Assembly (NCBI GenBank): GCA_965644295.1
Contig: CBFFRP010000066.1
Coordinates: 372,001 to 436,000 of the forward strand
From: Paraphysomonas bandaiensis
Taxonomy: Eukaryota > Protista > Chrysophyceae
DNA: 64,000 nt
Direction of reading: 5' to 3'
Positions 1-13,888 of this stretch are shown here, piece after piece. The notes beneath the pieces were generated by a model. The model did no database searches. It was not told the origin of the DNA and saw only the letters and a program-made list of their open reading frames with translations. Made by a program: the position numbers and the translations under genes. The stretch's first letter is position 1; the number at the start of each line of letters is the position of its first letter.

Positions 1-1061
1 GTGAGATATGTTAAAGGAGGCGATAGCTGCACGATCACAGGATAGCAGTCGGGAAGAAGATACACAGAATAAATACAAAAACAATCACCGTAGCTTAGGA
101 TCACTGGGGTCACAGCTAATTCCGTGTCTAACCCACAGCGCCACATATTCACTGAAGAGTCTCCACCAACTTCAAATCCTTGAACTAAAGCCGTATAATG
201 AGAATGTTCTACTCCTTTCGCCTCGGAGGCTATGATAACATGGTCTCTCCACTGAATTCGCTGCTCCGATTTGCTCTTTTGGTTAGCAAGCACAAGACGG
301 AAAGGCAAAGAATCATTAATGACTGCAGTGTTTTCTGTTGTATTGTTACCGACCCTGCTATTTATCATTGACAAATAATTTGACAAATTGGGATTGCAAA
401 TATGCGTCTCAGAACCTCCAGAAGAATATCTCCACGTGTGCAGTGACTTAAGATCCATTTTCATGTAATACTCGAAGTTACGAACGTCATCAGTGTGATC
501 TGATAACTCTTGATAGCACTTAACAAGTGTTCGTATGCGTCTATTAGGAATGTAACTGCTAGGAGAGCATGGGAGTGCAAACACATCATACAGGGACCTA
601 TGGCTCTTGGTCGCAATACGAGAAGCTGACATGTTCGGATTGACAAAGCATGGGGTTGTATAATCAAAAGTGGATTCGGATTCTACACATGCATATATCC
701 ATATAGTGAACGACTCTGTTAGAAATGCAGCAGAACACAAACTCAAAATTCAGTTACCTGAAGTCGATCGAAGTTCACCCTTCAACTTCATCTCTTCATC
801 TATTGACTTTCTCACTGCTATTCTCTCTTCGCGCAGCTGCTCCTCCCTTCGGCGCAATGACATCTTCTCTTCGCGCAGCTGCTTCTTCTCTTCGTATAAA
901 TATTCAAGTTTACGGCTCCAAAATTGTTTGTCGTCGTCGGCTAGTGCTTTGGCTTCAGTATCTTCAATAGAAGACTCCACCCTTCGAATCTGTTCATTAA
1001 CTTGGTTGATTTCAGTCTCAACACGGTCTATTGCTGCATTGATATCATCGATATCACTCAT
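1..1061 (-). CDS. Coiled-coil + PD-(D/E)xK (restriction-endonuclease-like) protein, Crinkler/CR-effector-like; 3' part lies outside the window
   Basis: Exon 1 (1061..758) encodes a coiled coil (EEKKQLREEKMSLRRREEQLREE). A GT-AG intron spans 757..683. Exon 2 (682..1) stays open in frame to the window edge: ESESTFDY...KSEQRIQWRDHVIIASEAKGVEHSHYTALVQGFEVGGDSSVNMWRCGL...TPVILSYGDCFCIYSVYLLPDCYPVIVQLSPPLTYL. The hhhxExK motif followed by a Q-containing helix suggests a REase fold. Confidence 0.7.
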
Positions 1062-1537
1062 CTTAAATACAGTGATAACTAAGTGATGTCGCTCCTTGTG
1101 GTTGCTGGCTGATAGTTATGCGGTATGGGAAGGAAGCGAAGGCGCTGAGGGGATTCAGACCAGATTCAAAAGAAGTGAGCAGTGAGTGAGCGAAGTTTGT
1201 TCTGCGAGCCAGTGCCGATCATGACACTCCGTTTTTTTGAAAATGATCCAAAGTGTGTTACTGGAAACCCCAATTTTTATTGGATCAAGAGGAAAACATC
1301 ATCAATAAAAACCACATTTTTCTCACAACAAACAGTGATGAAAGCCATAATATGGACATCAATTACACGCACTTCCATACTATAGAGCAGAGTACGTCCT
1401 CATAGATATTACATCGTATCATCTTATTATTCGGAAATAAATTGAAGCAAAAACCTTCTATAGTACCTACATACAACTACAGCTGGAATACACATAATTG
1501 TTGTCTCAATATTAGAGGCATCTTTGTAAGTTACATA

Positions 1538-2325
1538 CTATATATAGGTATCTCTCTCTCTATCATATAGAGTTATACGTACAGAGAGCAGAAGGAAATG
1601 GAAAAGATTTCTTTCATCTCTCTCAATGCATTCAATCCTTCTCTCTTCCATCTCTTCCTTGTGCAGTTCGATGAGACGATTGTTCGGATCTCCAGCAGCA
1701 CCGTTACTTCCAAGAGTATCAATGACAAAATCTAGTATCTTTTGGCGTTTTGTACCCAAGAAAGAGGGTGAAGGGAACGAACCACACGTGAACTGTGACC
1801 ACTGTTCATAATTACGCTTCCACCAGGTGGTGGAACCAGTCCCCCTGCTGCAATACTGCTCAGTTCTTGGTCACAATATCCTGCTCGTTGAGTGCTGAGT
1901 GCAATGAGGGATATTATAAAAGGTGTGTCTCCTAACTCCTTATGACGAAGTGAGGCTACTCGTCGAGTTGAGTATGATCACCTTAAATAATTCATTATTT
2001 TTATAGCATATATTGATTGCAAGCAGCAGTACCTGTGGGCTTTTTCTTGTTTCTTAAACCTTTGAACTTATTTCTCAGGGACTCCATGCCCCGTGAAAGC
2101 TCAAGTGGGAGTTGGCGATTGTACTCCAACGTCAGGTCCTCCCATCCGTCTGAAGTATAATGGATCACATAATGTAGTATGTTGTTGCACATGCTTACCC
2201 ATGCCCAGAGGCAGTCTCTCTTCTACAAGAGACAGCAGAGTGTCCAATTCCAGGTGGGTGTAGGTCCGCCCTCGTCCCTCCCTCTTTTTTGGTGTAGAGC
2301 TCTTCGTAGGCATGCTGGCTTCCAA
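1538..2325 (-). pseudogene. Disrupted Myb/SANT-like (DUF6818-type) DNA-binding protein gene, possibly a PIF/Harbinger ORF1 relic
   Basis: Splicing 2325..2199, 2149..2033 and 1981 onward gives GRGRTYTHLELDTLLSLVEERLPLGMDGWEDLTLEYNRQLPLELSRGMESLRNKFKGLRNKKKPTGD, followed by a premature TAG. A downstream KRQK...EEMEERRIECIERDER segment resembles the charged tail of this family. Confidence 0.6.
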
Positions 2326-3405
2326 ACTATTGTGATATATAGTACACTATACTTTAAGGCACTGTTCTGAGTGGTGATGTTGCGGTGCAAAAAGTTTCAT
2401 TTTTGGAGGTCCACGTTGGAACAAACGCCCGGATTTTAGAAATTTGTTCCACCCTTTGCTCCACCTTTTGTTTTTTCGGATGTTGCATTTTTGGAAGTCC
2501 TCCATTCTCTCCCTTTCAGATGTCATGGAAACCATCCCTTTCTGCTCGACACCGAGTGTTGGTGCCTGTTTTTGTTTCGTATAGGCGACCCGAAGGAATG
2601 TGAAACTATAACGATCACGCATGCGTTAAAGTTAGCTTGAGTTCGTCTCTTCTTGTATCTTGAAGCTTAGAGCATATTTCATTAACCATAAATTTTCATT
2701 CATTCATCAAGCTCATACAATATGACTGTCTATACTCCACTAATGCATATACTGCACGCCTATGCTCCACAATCATATACTGTTGTGTGCTGCAGTATGA
2801 TACGACATATGTTGTTCAATTGAAGCTGTCCAAAAGCTAGTCCTCCCCTGCTAATATTCCAACATCTCAAGCTACTGTTAATTAATGCAATACATTACTT
2901 GCCCATTTCTGTAGTTATCATAGCAATCGTAGTACATAGTACATACCTCCCTTCCCAGCTCCTTGTCTGGCTTGATATTCCATTTTGAATATAGGCTCTC
3001 CTTGAAACTTTCATACAAAAACACCATCACTTTACAAAGAGACAGTATCCATGTTCAAGGATGTATATATGTGTATATTATAGTATGTAGAACACCATAC
3101 ATATTCTACTGTACACATCTCGCATCGTATTATCATCATACACCGTATAGTGGTATACCTTATGCCCCATATCCACACTGTGTCAAAATAGTGTAGGCTC
3201 GCCATCATAGCTATTCATAAATCAATATATAGCTGTCATGGCATTGGCTGAGCCTTCTCCACTATAGTATTAGAGCTATATATACGTACTCTGCGTTGTT
3301 AGTTCCTAGCAGTACACTAGGACCCGCCCTCAACGTGGTATATCGTCGTATACTGATACCATACTGTAACAAGCTGCCAACTACACTTTATATGACAAAT
3401 ATCCT

Positions 3406-4005
3406 GCAGGGTCAGTCAACAATATATTGGAATGCAATATATTGCAATTATTTAGTTTTGCTTGCTACAATATATTGATTATATTATAATGTTAGCAAAA
3501 TTTGGCCTCTCAATATATTGAAATATATTGATATATATTGCTCATGCTAGTGTGTACTTGATTAATCATAAACTACTCTTTATAATCACATAACCCATCT
3601 ACTATTATAACATTGAGCAGTTATGATAACTACCTGCAACGAAGAACGCTATTCATGTTCAATATTAGAAATCGTACTGGCTCTCTGCCAAGTTATTCAC
3701 CAAATAGCCAAATAGTAAACTCCAAACTGCTGCTTAAATTGATGCTGTCATCCTCATACAAATATGTTTTTCTTATAATCTGTTATAGAAAGCCAGTCTA
3801 AACAGTCAATAAGCAAGATGCCAGTAATATGAATGCCATATCCGCTCAAACTAGTTGCTGCATTGTTATTGGGTTTTCATCATTATGTTGCAACCTCTAT
3901 TAACTAGTTACTACACCGATCCAGCTCATTTCTTCTTCTTAGCGCCCAATATATATCAATATATTGCAATATATTTAATATTTTTTTGCTGACAATATAC
4001 TACAA
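3406..4005. mobile_element. MITE-like relic with long imperfect inverted repeats built from CAATATATTG palindromes
   Basis: CAATATATTGAAATATATTGATATATATTG (~3510-3540) is nearly the reverse complement of CAATATATATCAATATATTGCAATATATTT (~3947-3976). TGTTAGCAAAA (~3490) pairs with TTTTGCTGACA (~3984). The left end begins CAGGGTCAG. The outer right end and a TSD were not found. Confidence 0.5.
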
Positions 4006-5791
4006 TCACTATACACATCATGATGTTTACCTTAAGAGAGTATGATAGAGTGATCTTCTTTCCTTCCTGATACAGTAATTACCCTCCTGTACACTGATAT
4101 GACTCACCCCTTCACTCCAAGTGCCTCTATCTTCATACAGAAGCCTTCACCGGATCATATACACACATATGCATACATATGCACTCTATGACATATATCT
4201 TGAATATAAGATGCTTAACTCCAACCTATCCACCTTATCATAGACACACATCTTCACTAAGCTGAACGATATACTGAAACTAAGCATCTAGACACGCTCT
4301 AGTGTCTGTATGTCCGGAGGCCGATGCATAACGCCCCATGAGCTTACTTCCAGCTCAGCGACATAGATAGTCTTCATTATCTTGTTGGAATTCTATATAG
4401 AATCGGGCTCCGAGTCACAATCATGTGTTAAAGCATCTACTAAGCTCTCTGTATCAGAATATTCACACATGTTGAGTACAGATACGGTTTAAGTAATAGT
4501 GGTATAACATATGGAGCGTTACGTATATTATATATGGAGTGATATGTGCATCAAAACTGCTAACCAGAAAATGATTTCCCCACCAAACTGAAATCGGAGT
4601 TTTGCTGTTTTGTTTACCCCAAAATGCTTACTAGGTAGCAGAAAATGATCCAAGATATAGATGAGCTTTATCGGACTGCTCTTTGTCTGCTCCTCTATGC
4701 AGTGAACCAGAGATACATGGACTAGGACATAACAGGTGTAATGTTTTTGCTCAGAATAGCAGTAGTCTGTGATATATTTTTCTATTGCTGACAGTGTACA
4801 TATATCGGATGATGCTATAATATACGAAGGTATTCAGTTGAGAGATAGGACTAAGCTCTTTTCACCAATAACTAGTTTATAAATAATAATAAAATAGTCT
4901 ATAAATGATAAAATTATCTTAATGGAGATACCGATCTAGAAGCAACAATAAACGTTTTTAGATTTTATAGTTGACTGCAGGAGATGCCACTCGTATAGGG
5001 CAGTCACTGAATCTGCGTGCGATCTATATGGTCAGCGAAGTTGATGAGCGGGCGGGTGACCAGAATCAGGGCAAAATTTTGGTGTTCTATGTGGTGTGCC
5101 GGCGGGCCTACACTATGGCCGCACTTTCGGAATGGGGAAGAGCCCATCGTACTCAGAATCCCATGCTTCTTCGACCGACCAGAATGAAATATAGTTTTGT
5201 ATGAGAATGAACAAGAATGTTGGTCTTAGCAAGTTTTCTATTATGCATTGCTGCATTGCTGCTCCTTGAACTGAAAGGTGTACTGACGATGATGTTACAA
5301 TGGCACATTCAGGACAGCGCTCAACAAGTCTTTAAACTTCATATTGGTGTAATTGGGATGCTTGAACGGTAGCTCTTCGTTTTTGAATACTGCATCCGAA
5401 GTGCATGTAGCACAGGGCACGGGAACAATAGTATTGAAAGCCAGGTTCCAAATAAAGTGAACTAGTTTTGTGTCGAAAAGGTGAAACCAACTCTTAGCTA
5501 TAAGTGTGCAACAACGCAAGTTTAAGGTTTACGTGTAGAGCAAGGGAAACAAGAGGAGTGTAATGTCAATTCAAACATTCCCTACTTCTTAGCTAGAACT
5601 GTTGCTATACAAGTGCATAACACAACGGCATATTTTGATGAATTCATATAACCACTACTACTCTCCAGCACTATAGTACGATTGAAAAAAAAGTAATGAC
5701 AAAGCTTTCTTACTTATATCATCTCAAACATAATGCATAAAGAGCAACAGGCACCAAGATGCTATCTAGCCAACACCGCATAAGTATCCAT

Positions 5792-6571
5792 CTAATTGAA
5801 GTGAGTGGAAGGTCTGGAAGCCAGGTACTTGGATCGGAGCTGCTTGGTGGTAGGGCGAACGACTCTGTGGGGAAGAGGGTACTTGAGCTTGGAGTCGTGG
5901 AACTGGGTGGTAGTCACACGCTTGCAGTCAGATGACTTGACGGTGGCAGTGCGAATGATCTGAATAGACTGGAAGCGAGAGCGGTGGCGACCAGCCATAT
6001 CGTTGTCTGTAATGAATGCCATTAGAAATACAAAACACTGACATATATGAGGAAACACAATAAATGAAATAACTCACAGAGAGTGTCGATAGCAGCGTTG
6101 AGGCTAACATCTCTGTACTCGCGATACATATTATGTGTGCCGCTTCTGGAGTTGTACTTGATCCAAATACCGTAGTTCTTGACGTAGTTAGTGTTCTTCT
6201 CAGTAATCTACAGCAAATAAATATTAACATATCATTTCAATCGATTATATAAGTATAGGTAACAGTATATATATATGTACAGGGAGAGTATATGTATGCA
6301 TGTATGTGTGAGGGCCTCTCTACTCACCTCATTCACATCAAGAATCTCTCCAGTAGTCTTCTTCATCTTACGCATCTGATGCATGAAGTACCAGAAGCGT
6401 GACTTAGCATTCACTTCATTAGGAGCAAAGAGTTTCATGCGATAAATCTGAGGAGATTCATCATTGGGAGTAGGGGCCTTGCGGCCGACTACTTGGAACA
6501 GGCGCATCTGGAGAATAACAGGATTAACCTAGACTCACAATAGGGGTTGTTTATATTACCTTAGTTGGCAT
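5792..6571 (-). CDS. RPL18A: 60S ribosomal protein L18a (eL20), 4 exons, 178 aa
   Basis: join(6571..6560,6507..6328,6207..6078,6006..5792), all GT-AG and in frame: [18 protein letters not shown]...[20 protein letters not shown]...[24 protein letters not shown]...[11 protein letters not shown]...[14 protein letters not shown]. Confidence 0.97.
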
Positions 6572-6828
6572 GGCTACAGTAGAAAGCTAATATGTCAATA
6601 TGCTAATAGAAGCAGTTTAATTACAGTGTTGGTGTTGGAGTATATGTATATGGTACTACCACTATACACCAGTACCTCTACCCATCCATAGAGTAGAATA
6701 TCTTGTAGAGATACGTGGTTTCAGTTTTGTGGGAAAAGAAGGGTGTATAGAAAATATAGTGGAGGGTAGTGGAAAAAGAAATACTTTGAAATACATTTGT
6801 ATACGACCGTATAAGATGAAGACAGATG

Positions 6829-6978
6829 TTATGTATGTATGTACGTATGTACGTATGTATGTATGTATGTATGTATGTATGTATGTATGTATGTATGTAT
6901 GTATGTATGTATGTATGTATGTATGTATGTATGTATGTATGTATGTATGTATGTATGTATGTATGTATGTATGTATGT
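6829..6978. repeat. (TATG)n tetranucleotide microsatellite
   Basis: Directly visible ~150-bp near-perfect run between the divergent RPL18A and ARM genes. Confidence 0.98.
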
Positions 6979-7107
6979 GTATCATCATCTTAAGGGTTTG
7001 ACCACTACACTCGCTCAGTGTTACTCAGGGAAGCCACTTAATCCAACCTGATAACTTCACTTCACCATGTATGATATATTTGTTTTAATCGTTTATCATA
7101 ATCAAGT

Positions 7108-10100
7108 ATGAACGGAGCCTCTCAACGTCCCCCCACGTGGGTTCAAGAGATCGATAAGTGTACACTGAAAGTTAAGGATTCTAACGATCCAATTGATGAG
7201 AATGAGATTGAGAATTGGGTTAGTTCATTAGGGAATGGAGAGGTGATAGAGGATGTAGTGATGAGCCCGTGTGGGTCGAGTAATGGGGAGATGGAGAGGT
7301 CTACTAATAGCACTCTATCAAACACACGAACGAGTGAGTGTATATGACTGTATGTGTATGAGTGTATATATGTATGTATGAGTGTGTTTATGAGTGTATA
7401 TATGAGTGTGTGTGTAGGAGTGTATATGTGTATATACATATAGAGGTGTATATACTTGTGTATATGTACGTGTGTAGAGGTAGAAAGGTAGATATGCAAT
7501 GTACCCCTTCAAGATACATGCCGTTTATTGTATCTTACATACTATGTTATATACAGAACGAGTGGAGTCAATCGAAGTTATTAACAGCATTGAAGACAGT
7601 ACGGACACGGCTTCCCCACGAGTGAGACGTGTTTCTTCAAGTGCACCAATATTCGACGGATCATTCTCAGCGACCTCATGGAAGACTTCTACTACAGAGC
7701 TTACAACATCTACATATAATACCTCATTACAAGATATAGAACAACAACGCACTCATAATCAGTATATCACTACACTCGACAGACAAGATCTTAAAGTATC
7801 AGAGTCCATTGTTACCTCTCTCACACCTGATATGAAATCTGTCATATCGTTAAGCTTTGAGGGAATGATATCAACCTTTCAAGGGTGTGATATACTCAAT
7901 CAGGAACAGTCAGTTAATGACAATGAAAACGCGGATATGTTGAGCTGTGCCCTTGACAGTGCCATCAGTTTTATCATGACTAACCCACAGAAGGTATATA
8001 TGTTTTCTATTGCCGTTAGCAGTGACAGTAGCTCTGGGCGATATATAAACTTGATCTGTGCATCATCTGCTGGTTTGATACAGTCTGTTGAGATTGCCCT
8101 CCGTGTTCTGTATTTCATTTACCTTGCATTGAATGACACAGCCGTAGTCGTGGCGCTGAAGCCCTCGCTTGAGCACGATCTTGTAGGTGCCTGTCAGGTG
8201 ATCCAGAGAGCTATAATCATCCATAACTCAGACTGTCAAGTGCTTGACCTATGCCTAGTACTGATATGTATTCTCTCTTCAAGCGCCGATTATCGGGCAT
8301 ATTTCTCGCAGCCTTTAGTTGTAGAAAGTATTGTTGCAGCTGCTTCTAACGTCTCCAACGAAGTACGGGTTGCGGAACTAGTATGTAAGGCGATGTGCAT
8401 TTTGGCGACAGGCCAGTCGGATCGGTCTGTATGGGTTGCATCAGGGGCGTTTGTTTGTCTGGAGAATATGCTCTCACTGTATATCTCCAGCGAGGTTGTA
8501 GAATGGATATGTCGAGCATTGTACAGTCTCACCGAGGATTGCCCAGACAGCAAGGTGGCTCTGGTGGAAACGGCTTTGCCAAACCTGCTCGTAGATGCGA
8601 TAAGCAACCATCGTGTACATACACCAGCTACCTTATCCTGGGGGTGTAGGTGTATTGGTAGTATGGCTTTCCAGTGTTCCGCATGTAGCATACTCTTTGC
8701 GGATGCAATACCGCTATTAGTGGATGTGTTAGAGCAATACGGGCTCGGGGATGAGGTGGTAGCGGAGAGTGGGTGTTTTGCACTCTCATGTTTGGGCCAC
8801 CCTGTTTCACAGAACCAAGACATAATGAAGCGGTGTGGTGTGGCAGATGCTCTTCTCATGGTTCTACGACTACATAATCTATCTATAGACGTTGTTCGAG
8901 AGTGTTGCATTGCTATACGTAATATGTGCCTTGGCAATGATAATTGTCAAGAGTTCATCGGTATGTCCACAGATACCTGTCAGATTCTCATCGAAGCAAT
9001 TTTAGAGCTTCATCAGAAGAAAAAACAGAACAAAAAAATTAAGCAGATTCCTGAATTGCTGCGCTGGATATGGTATGCTATATGCGGCCTATCGCTGCAC
9101 CAGGGTAATAGATTCTGTCTGCTCTCAAGTGGAGTAGGCTCCGTAGTGGTGAAAACTCTCAAGTCAGCATGGTCAGACAGTGGCATGTACCGTTGGGTCT
9201 TCAATTTTTTGGTAAACTTTTCGACGCAAAATGATATGCACTTCAATCAACTGAGCACGTTTGGTGTATGCATTCCTCTTGCCTCTACTTTGAACGACGT
9301 TATGGCAGATGCTGACGCTGTTAATGAAGGATGTCTAGCATTGGGGCGCCTTGCTTCTGATTCTGAGAACAGATTATCACTGGGTGAAAATAAAGCGTGC
9401 GAAGTTGTGATTCAGGCTACGAATCGGCATGAGGATAATATGCGGGTCATTGGAAGTGCCCTTCTAGCTGTCGTAAATCTTTGTGTAGAATCAGAGAGGA
9501 ATATGAAGAAATTTGTGTCGTGTGGAGTATGCAAAGTGATTCCTCGTGTGATGTCTCGTCACAGCTCAGCCAGTGTTCCCATTGCAATGTGGGGATGCAA
9601 AGCCATATCTCTCCTTGGAGACTTCAGGAAAAGTTCTGTCAGTCTATGTTCTAGTGGCGCATGTGGTGCAGTTCTGATGGCATTCAACACACACACAGAG
9701 AATATTAGAGTGATTGGTAACATATGCTTGGCAATTGAAAGCCTTTCTTTTAATCAGAAGAATGCTGAGGTTATGCGAGTCTCTGGAGTGTGTGAGATGA
9801 TGGCCAACATCGCCATTGTTCTTCTACAGCATGATGGTGAAACAAGCGCGATTGTATCGTGTTTGAGCGGCATTCGAAATATGCTGATAGAGCCCGAGTC
9901 CAGGTCCGTGTATGGCGGCCTTGGTGCAGGAGAAGTGGTGTGTAAAATCACGAATTCTCATATAGAAAATTGTACTATAGTAACACGTGCATTCGGAATA
10001 GTATGCTCCTTGGTTGACCATAGTGTTTCCAACTTAATTCGAATGGGGAAAAGCTGTGTATGTGAGTGCGTGGCACTTGCTTTGACAACACATTCCAACG

Positions 10101-13100
10101 ACGCTGATGTTGTTGTTGCTGTGTCCTCCGTGATTTGCTCATTAATGGGTCAAGGTTTGGTAGAAGACAGGAAAAGCTTTCTAGAAAAGAGTGACATGCT
10201 AACATACGTAATGCCGATGTATACTATTTTTTGTGGAAATTCCACAGGTGAAATTTTGGCTACAACATTACATGCGCACTTCACGGTAGACCTAGGATGC
10301 CAGGCCGTGACGTCAGTTGTGATGGCAGTGCACGCACTTGTATATATTCACTGCCAATACTCCAGGAGCAATGCAAAGTGTATGGATGAATACCAAAATT
10401 CGCATAAGGTAGAGCAGACGACTGAGGAAAACTCCCTCGACTTCGAAAATGAGAACAATTCAATAATTCACACACTCTTCGGAAACAAAATATACGATTC
10501 CCTTTGTGCCCTTTTAAACCTGTACTGTTTAGATGATGATGAAATAATGCAGTGGACTCTCCGCACTATTAGCCTTCTCTGCGAATGCAGTGTCAGCTAC
10601 AAGAGGGAGTTTGGCCAGGGCGGAGCTTGTGAAGCAGTCTTCGCTGTACTGAAAGCTTACGAGAAAAACGAACTCATACAATTCTTGTCTCTTAGCGCCG
10701 TATTTTATCTGTCAAAGAACTGCTTTAACAATGCGTTGCGGTTTATTGCTCTAGGTGCCATTGATCAAATAGTCAAGGCTATCAATATTCACAAAGCTAG
10801 CGAGCGTGTCAATTGGGTGGCTACGCGTGCAATTGGAGGTGTTTCCGAAGGTCACAATATGGTTTCAACGTCTATTTATTTATCTCTTGTTTGTGTACTC
10901 AGCCGATATATCAGCAGTGAGCGCGTATGTATTGCTGGTTGTTGTGCGATATCTTCGATAGAATTAAATATAGATAATACTGAGGCACCGTTTACCTCAA
11001 CTGCATCGCAACTGTGCCGATGTGTCGCAAGCGCCCTCTCTCGACATGCCGCATCGGCTGATTTGAGCGAAGCTGCCGCATTGGCACTCTACCATCTCGG
11101 GTCACTTACTGATGCTGATGACCATAAAATTGATCGTAAAGTGATTCTTCGTACCATCGACTCTGTTGGGGCTTGCAAATATTTGGTCTACGCTATTTTG
11201 AGACATACTCATTCTATTAATGAACTAGTTATCTACAATGCAGTGCGGGCTATTCAGTGTCTGTCGACATGCTTCAACGATGCAGAGAAATGTGCTGTTG
11301 CAGAATTGCTTGTCAAATTTAGAAATGTCGGGGTTGGTGATGCAATTGTTTCTGCCGTACAGTGCCATATGGGCTCGTCTAGTATACTCTGCGTGAGTTT
11401 GGATGCATTGAGCAATCTTGCCGATGACAAGATGATACGGGCGAAACTTGGTAGCTCAAAAACTTGTGATATGGTGATTGACATACTGCACGCGTATCAA
11501 CAGAATGAACGCATCATCGAATCTGCGTGTCGACTAATAAGTGTTCTTTGTGACAATAACAAAAGCAACTCAAAGTACCTGAGTGAAGTTGGGGCCTGTG
11601 AGTTACTGGTCTGGTCCCTCGATACGTTTCGTGGAAATGTGATGATAGCGAAGTACGTATGTGCTGCTGTCGCCTTCCTCGCGGAGTTAAATGTGCAGGT
11701 GCGTGAACAGCTGGGAGCGTGTAACGGGTGCGAAGTTATTGGTCACTGCATGCAAAAATACGTTAAGGACAGAATTGTGGCCGAGTGCGGGTGTTTCGCT
11801 GTGGGAAACCTTGCGGAGGACAGTCCGAACAATATAACTAGCCTTGGTGACTGTGGTGCTTGTGGTGTGATTGTGGAAATGATGGAGTTTCATCAAGATA
11901 GCGAAATTGTGGCGTGGCGTGCATGTCGTGCATTAACCGTATGCGCGCCATATGTGTCTGCATCCATCAATAAAAGTCTTTCTACTCGTAGAATTCAAAA
12001 GGCAGTTATGGATATTGCACACAACTTTGAGAGTAGCTCCCTTGTTGCATTGTGGTCTAGCCGGGCTCTCAATTCTGTCGTATTAGATAGACCTCATCCG
12101 GCAGAGAACAGCATGTCTGAGCCGGGGGATAGGACTTGTGATGTTGTAATTCGCACTCTGGCTGCCCATATGAATACAAGGGTGGATATAGTCGAGGAGA
12201 CGATAACTTCTATTGTCAATATTTTGTCCGTTAATGCCCAGCGACTGGTATCTCTGGACGTCTGTGACTTACTACAGAGGGCACTAATCACTCACTATGA
12301 CCATGTGAATGTTATCCTTGCTTGTTTTAGAGCGATATGTGCTCTAGAAGAGTTTGGCGAAGCTGTTAGGGTCGCCAACATACCCAGGGCGGTTGTTGAG
12401 GCCATGAAGCGGCATATGAAGTCCAGTGAAAGTGTTTTGGAGTGGGGGTGCCTTGCTATTAGCAGCATGGTGGATAATCACAGAAATAAAGAAATAGTGG
12501 TTAGTAGTGGCGCCTGTGAAGTCGTGGTGGCCTCGCTGCAAAGAGGTACAGGAAGTGGGGATACGCTAGTCGCGGCGATGCTCCATAGATCTATTGGCAG
12601 TCAGTCATTGGCTTTGGCGGCATGCACAGCAGTGCATAAACTGGGTATGGACAACGATGCTAACCGAGAGCGTTTAGGGACACTCGGAGCATGTGAAGCA
12701 GTGACTAAAGTACTCCAGAAGTATGCGGACAGTGATGAAGTTGCAGGCGTCAGTTGTAGAGCAGTAGCTACCTTGTCTCAGAATGACGATAGAGAGAGTA
12801 CGATGAAATTAATCAATGCCGGAGTATGCAAGCTGGTAGTTTCGGTGTTGCAGTGCCATCACAGTTCCCGTTTAGTAGCCCTCTGGGGATGCAGGGCTGT
12901 GGACCAGCTATCTAATGGTCGTGAAACCGTGGCGGTTAAGATGAGTGGAAGTGGCGTGTGTGCTGCAGTAGTAGCATGTATGCAGGGACACCCCGACTCT
13001 GCAGATGTTATCACTGCTGGGTGTAAGGCAATACGAACTCTCTCTCGGTTCTCGAGGAATGTGCCGATTTTAGGTTCAGTGGGTGCATGTGATGTACTCG

Positions 13101-13591
13101 TCTTTGCTATACATTTATGTTTTTTTGATGAGGCCACGGTAGAGGCCGCATGCATTGCAGTGAGTCGCCTCGCACGTGATTTTACCAATGCCAAAAGACT
13201 ATGTGAAGTTGACACATGTACTGCTCTCGTGTGCGTTGTATGTCGCCACAACACTAACCTAATGGTGTCACGAGCAGCATGGGAGGGTATATTGGCTCTT
13301 TGTCACCACTCCGATGGGTGCAAGGCATTTGCCGATGCAGGGCTTTGTCAACATATAGCTGGTTCTTTTCTGCGTACAGCTGATGGAGAGGAATGGAGAG
13401 AAGTTGTTCGGACATGTCTGAATATCATACCGTTATTGTGCACCAACAACCCCAGCACAAAGGCATTGTTCATAGATAATGACATCTTAGAGGGGCTAGA
13501 TAGAGTTCGTAATAGTTATATCAATGACAATAGCACTGAGAACACGATTCCATCGAGTGCAGAAGATGTGAAATCTTTATTTCTTGGCTAG
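7108..13591 (+). CDS. Large armadillo (ARM) repeat protein, ~2086 aa, 2 exons
   Basis: Exon 1 is 7108..7333, followed by a TG-rich intron (GTGAGT...ATACAG). Exon 2 (7557..13591) is in frame with the 2030-aa ORF. There are many ~42-aa helical repeats of the form GACEAVxxxLxxH...VAxxGCxAIxxLA. Confidence 0.9.
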
Positions 13592-13888
13592 AGCTAGTAT
13601 CTGTGAAAGTGTGTACGTTATTATGTAAGAGGCAGTCTGCTGTGACTGCATTGACATTACTGTACAGAATTCGAGTAGAGGATGTACATTGTGTAATAAA
13701 GCCACTTATTAAATCATCAATACAGTATTTCACATTCATCATCACACTAATGTACGAATATCAATACCTCGCAGTTAATATTCCCTCGACTATATGTTGA
13801 ATGCTAGACATACTAGTTAGACCTCTACCCGTAATCAGCACAAATAAAAAAACAAGGGGGCGGGAAAAGGACGAGCCTTTTTTTAACC

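Noticed and set aside
4100-4490. Possible decayed coding sequence on the minus strand
   Set aside because: Multiple stops and no recognisable motif.
4971-5520. GC-richer stretch with an Sm-like AATTTTGG and protein-like fragments
   Set aside because: No match to U1, U2, U4, U5, U6 or tRNA hallmarks and no consistent reading frame. At most an unidentifiable pseudogene.
6662-7051. MYVC/HTYI ORFs (also 24620-24938 and 21582-22136)
   Set aside because: Translations of microsatellites or minisatellites.
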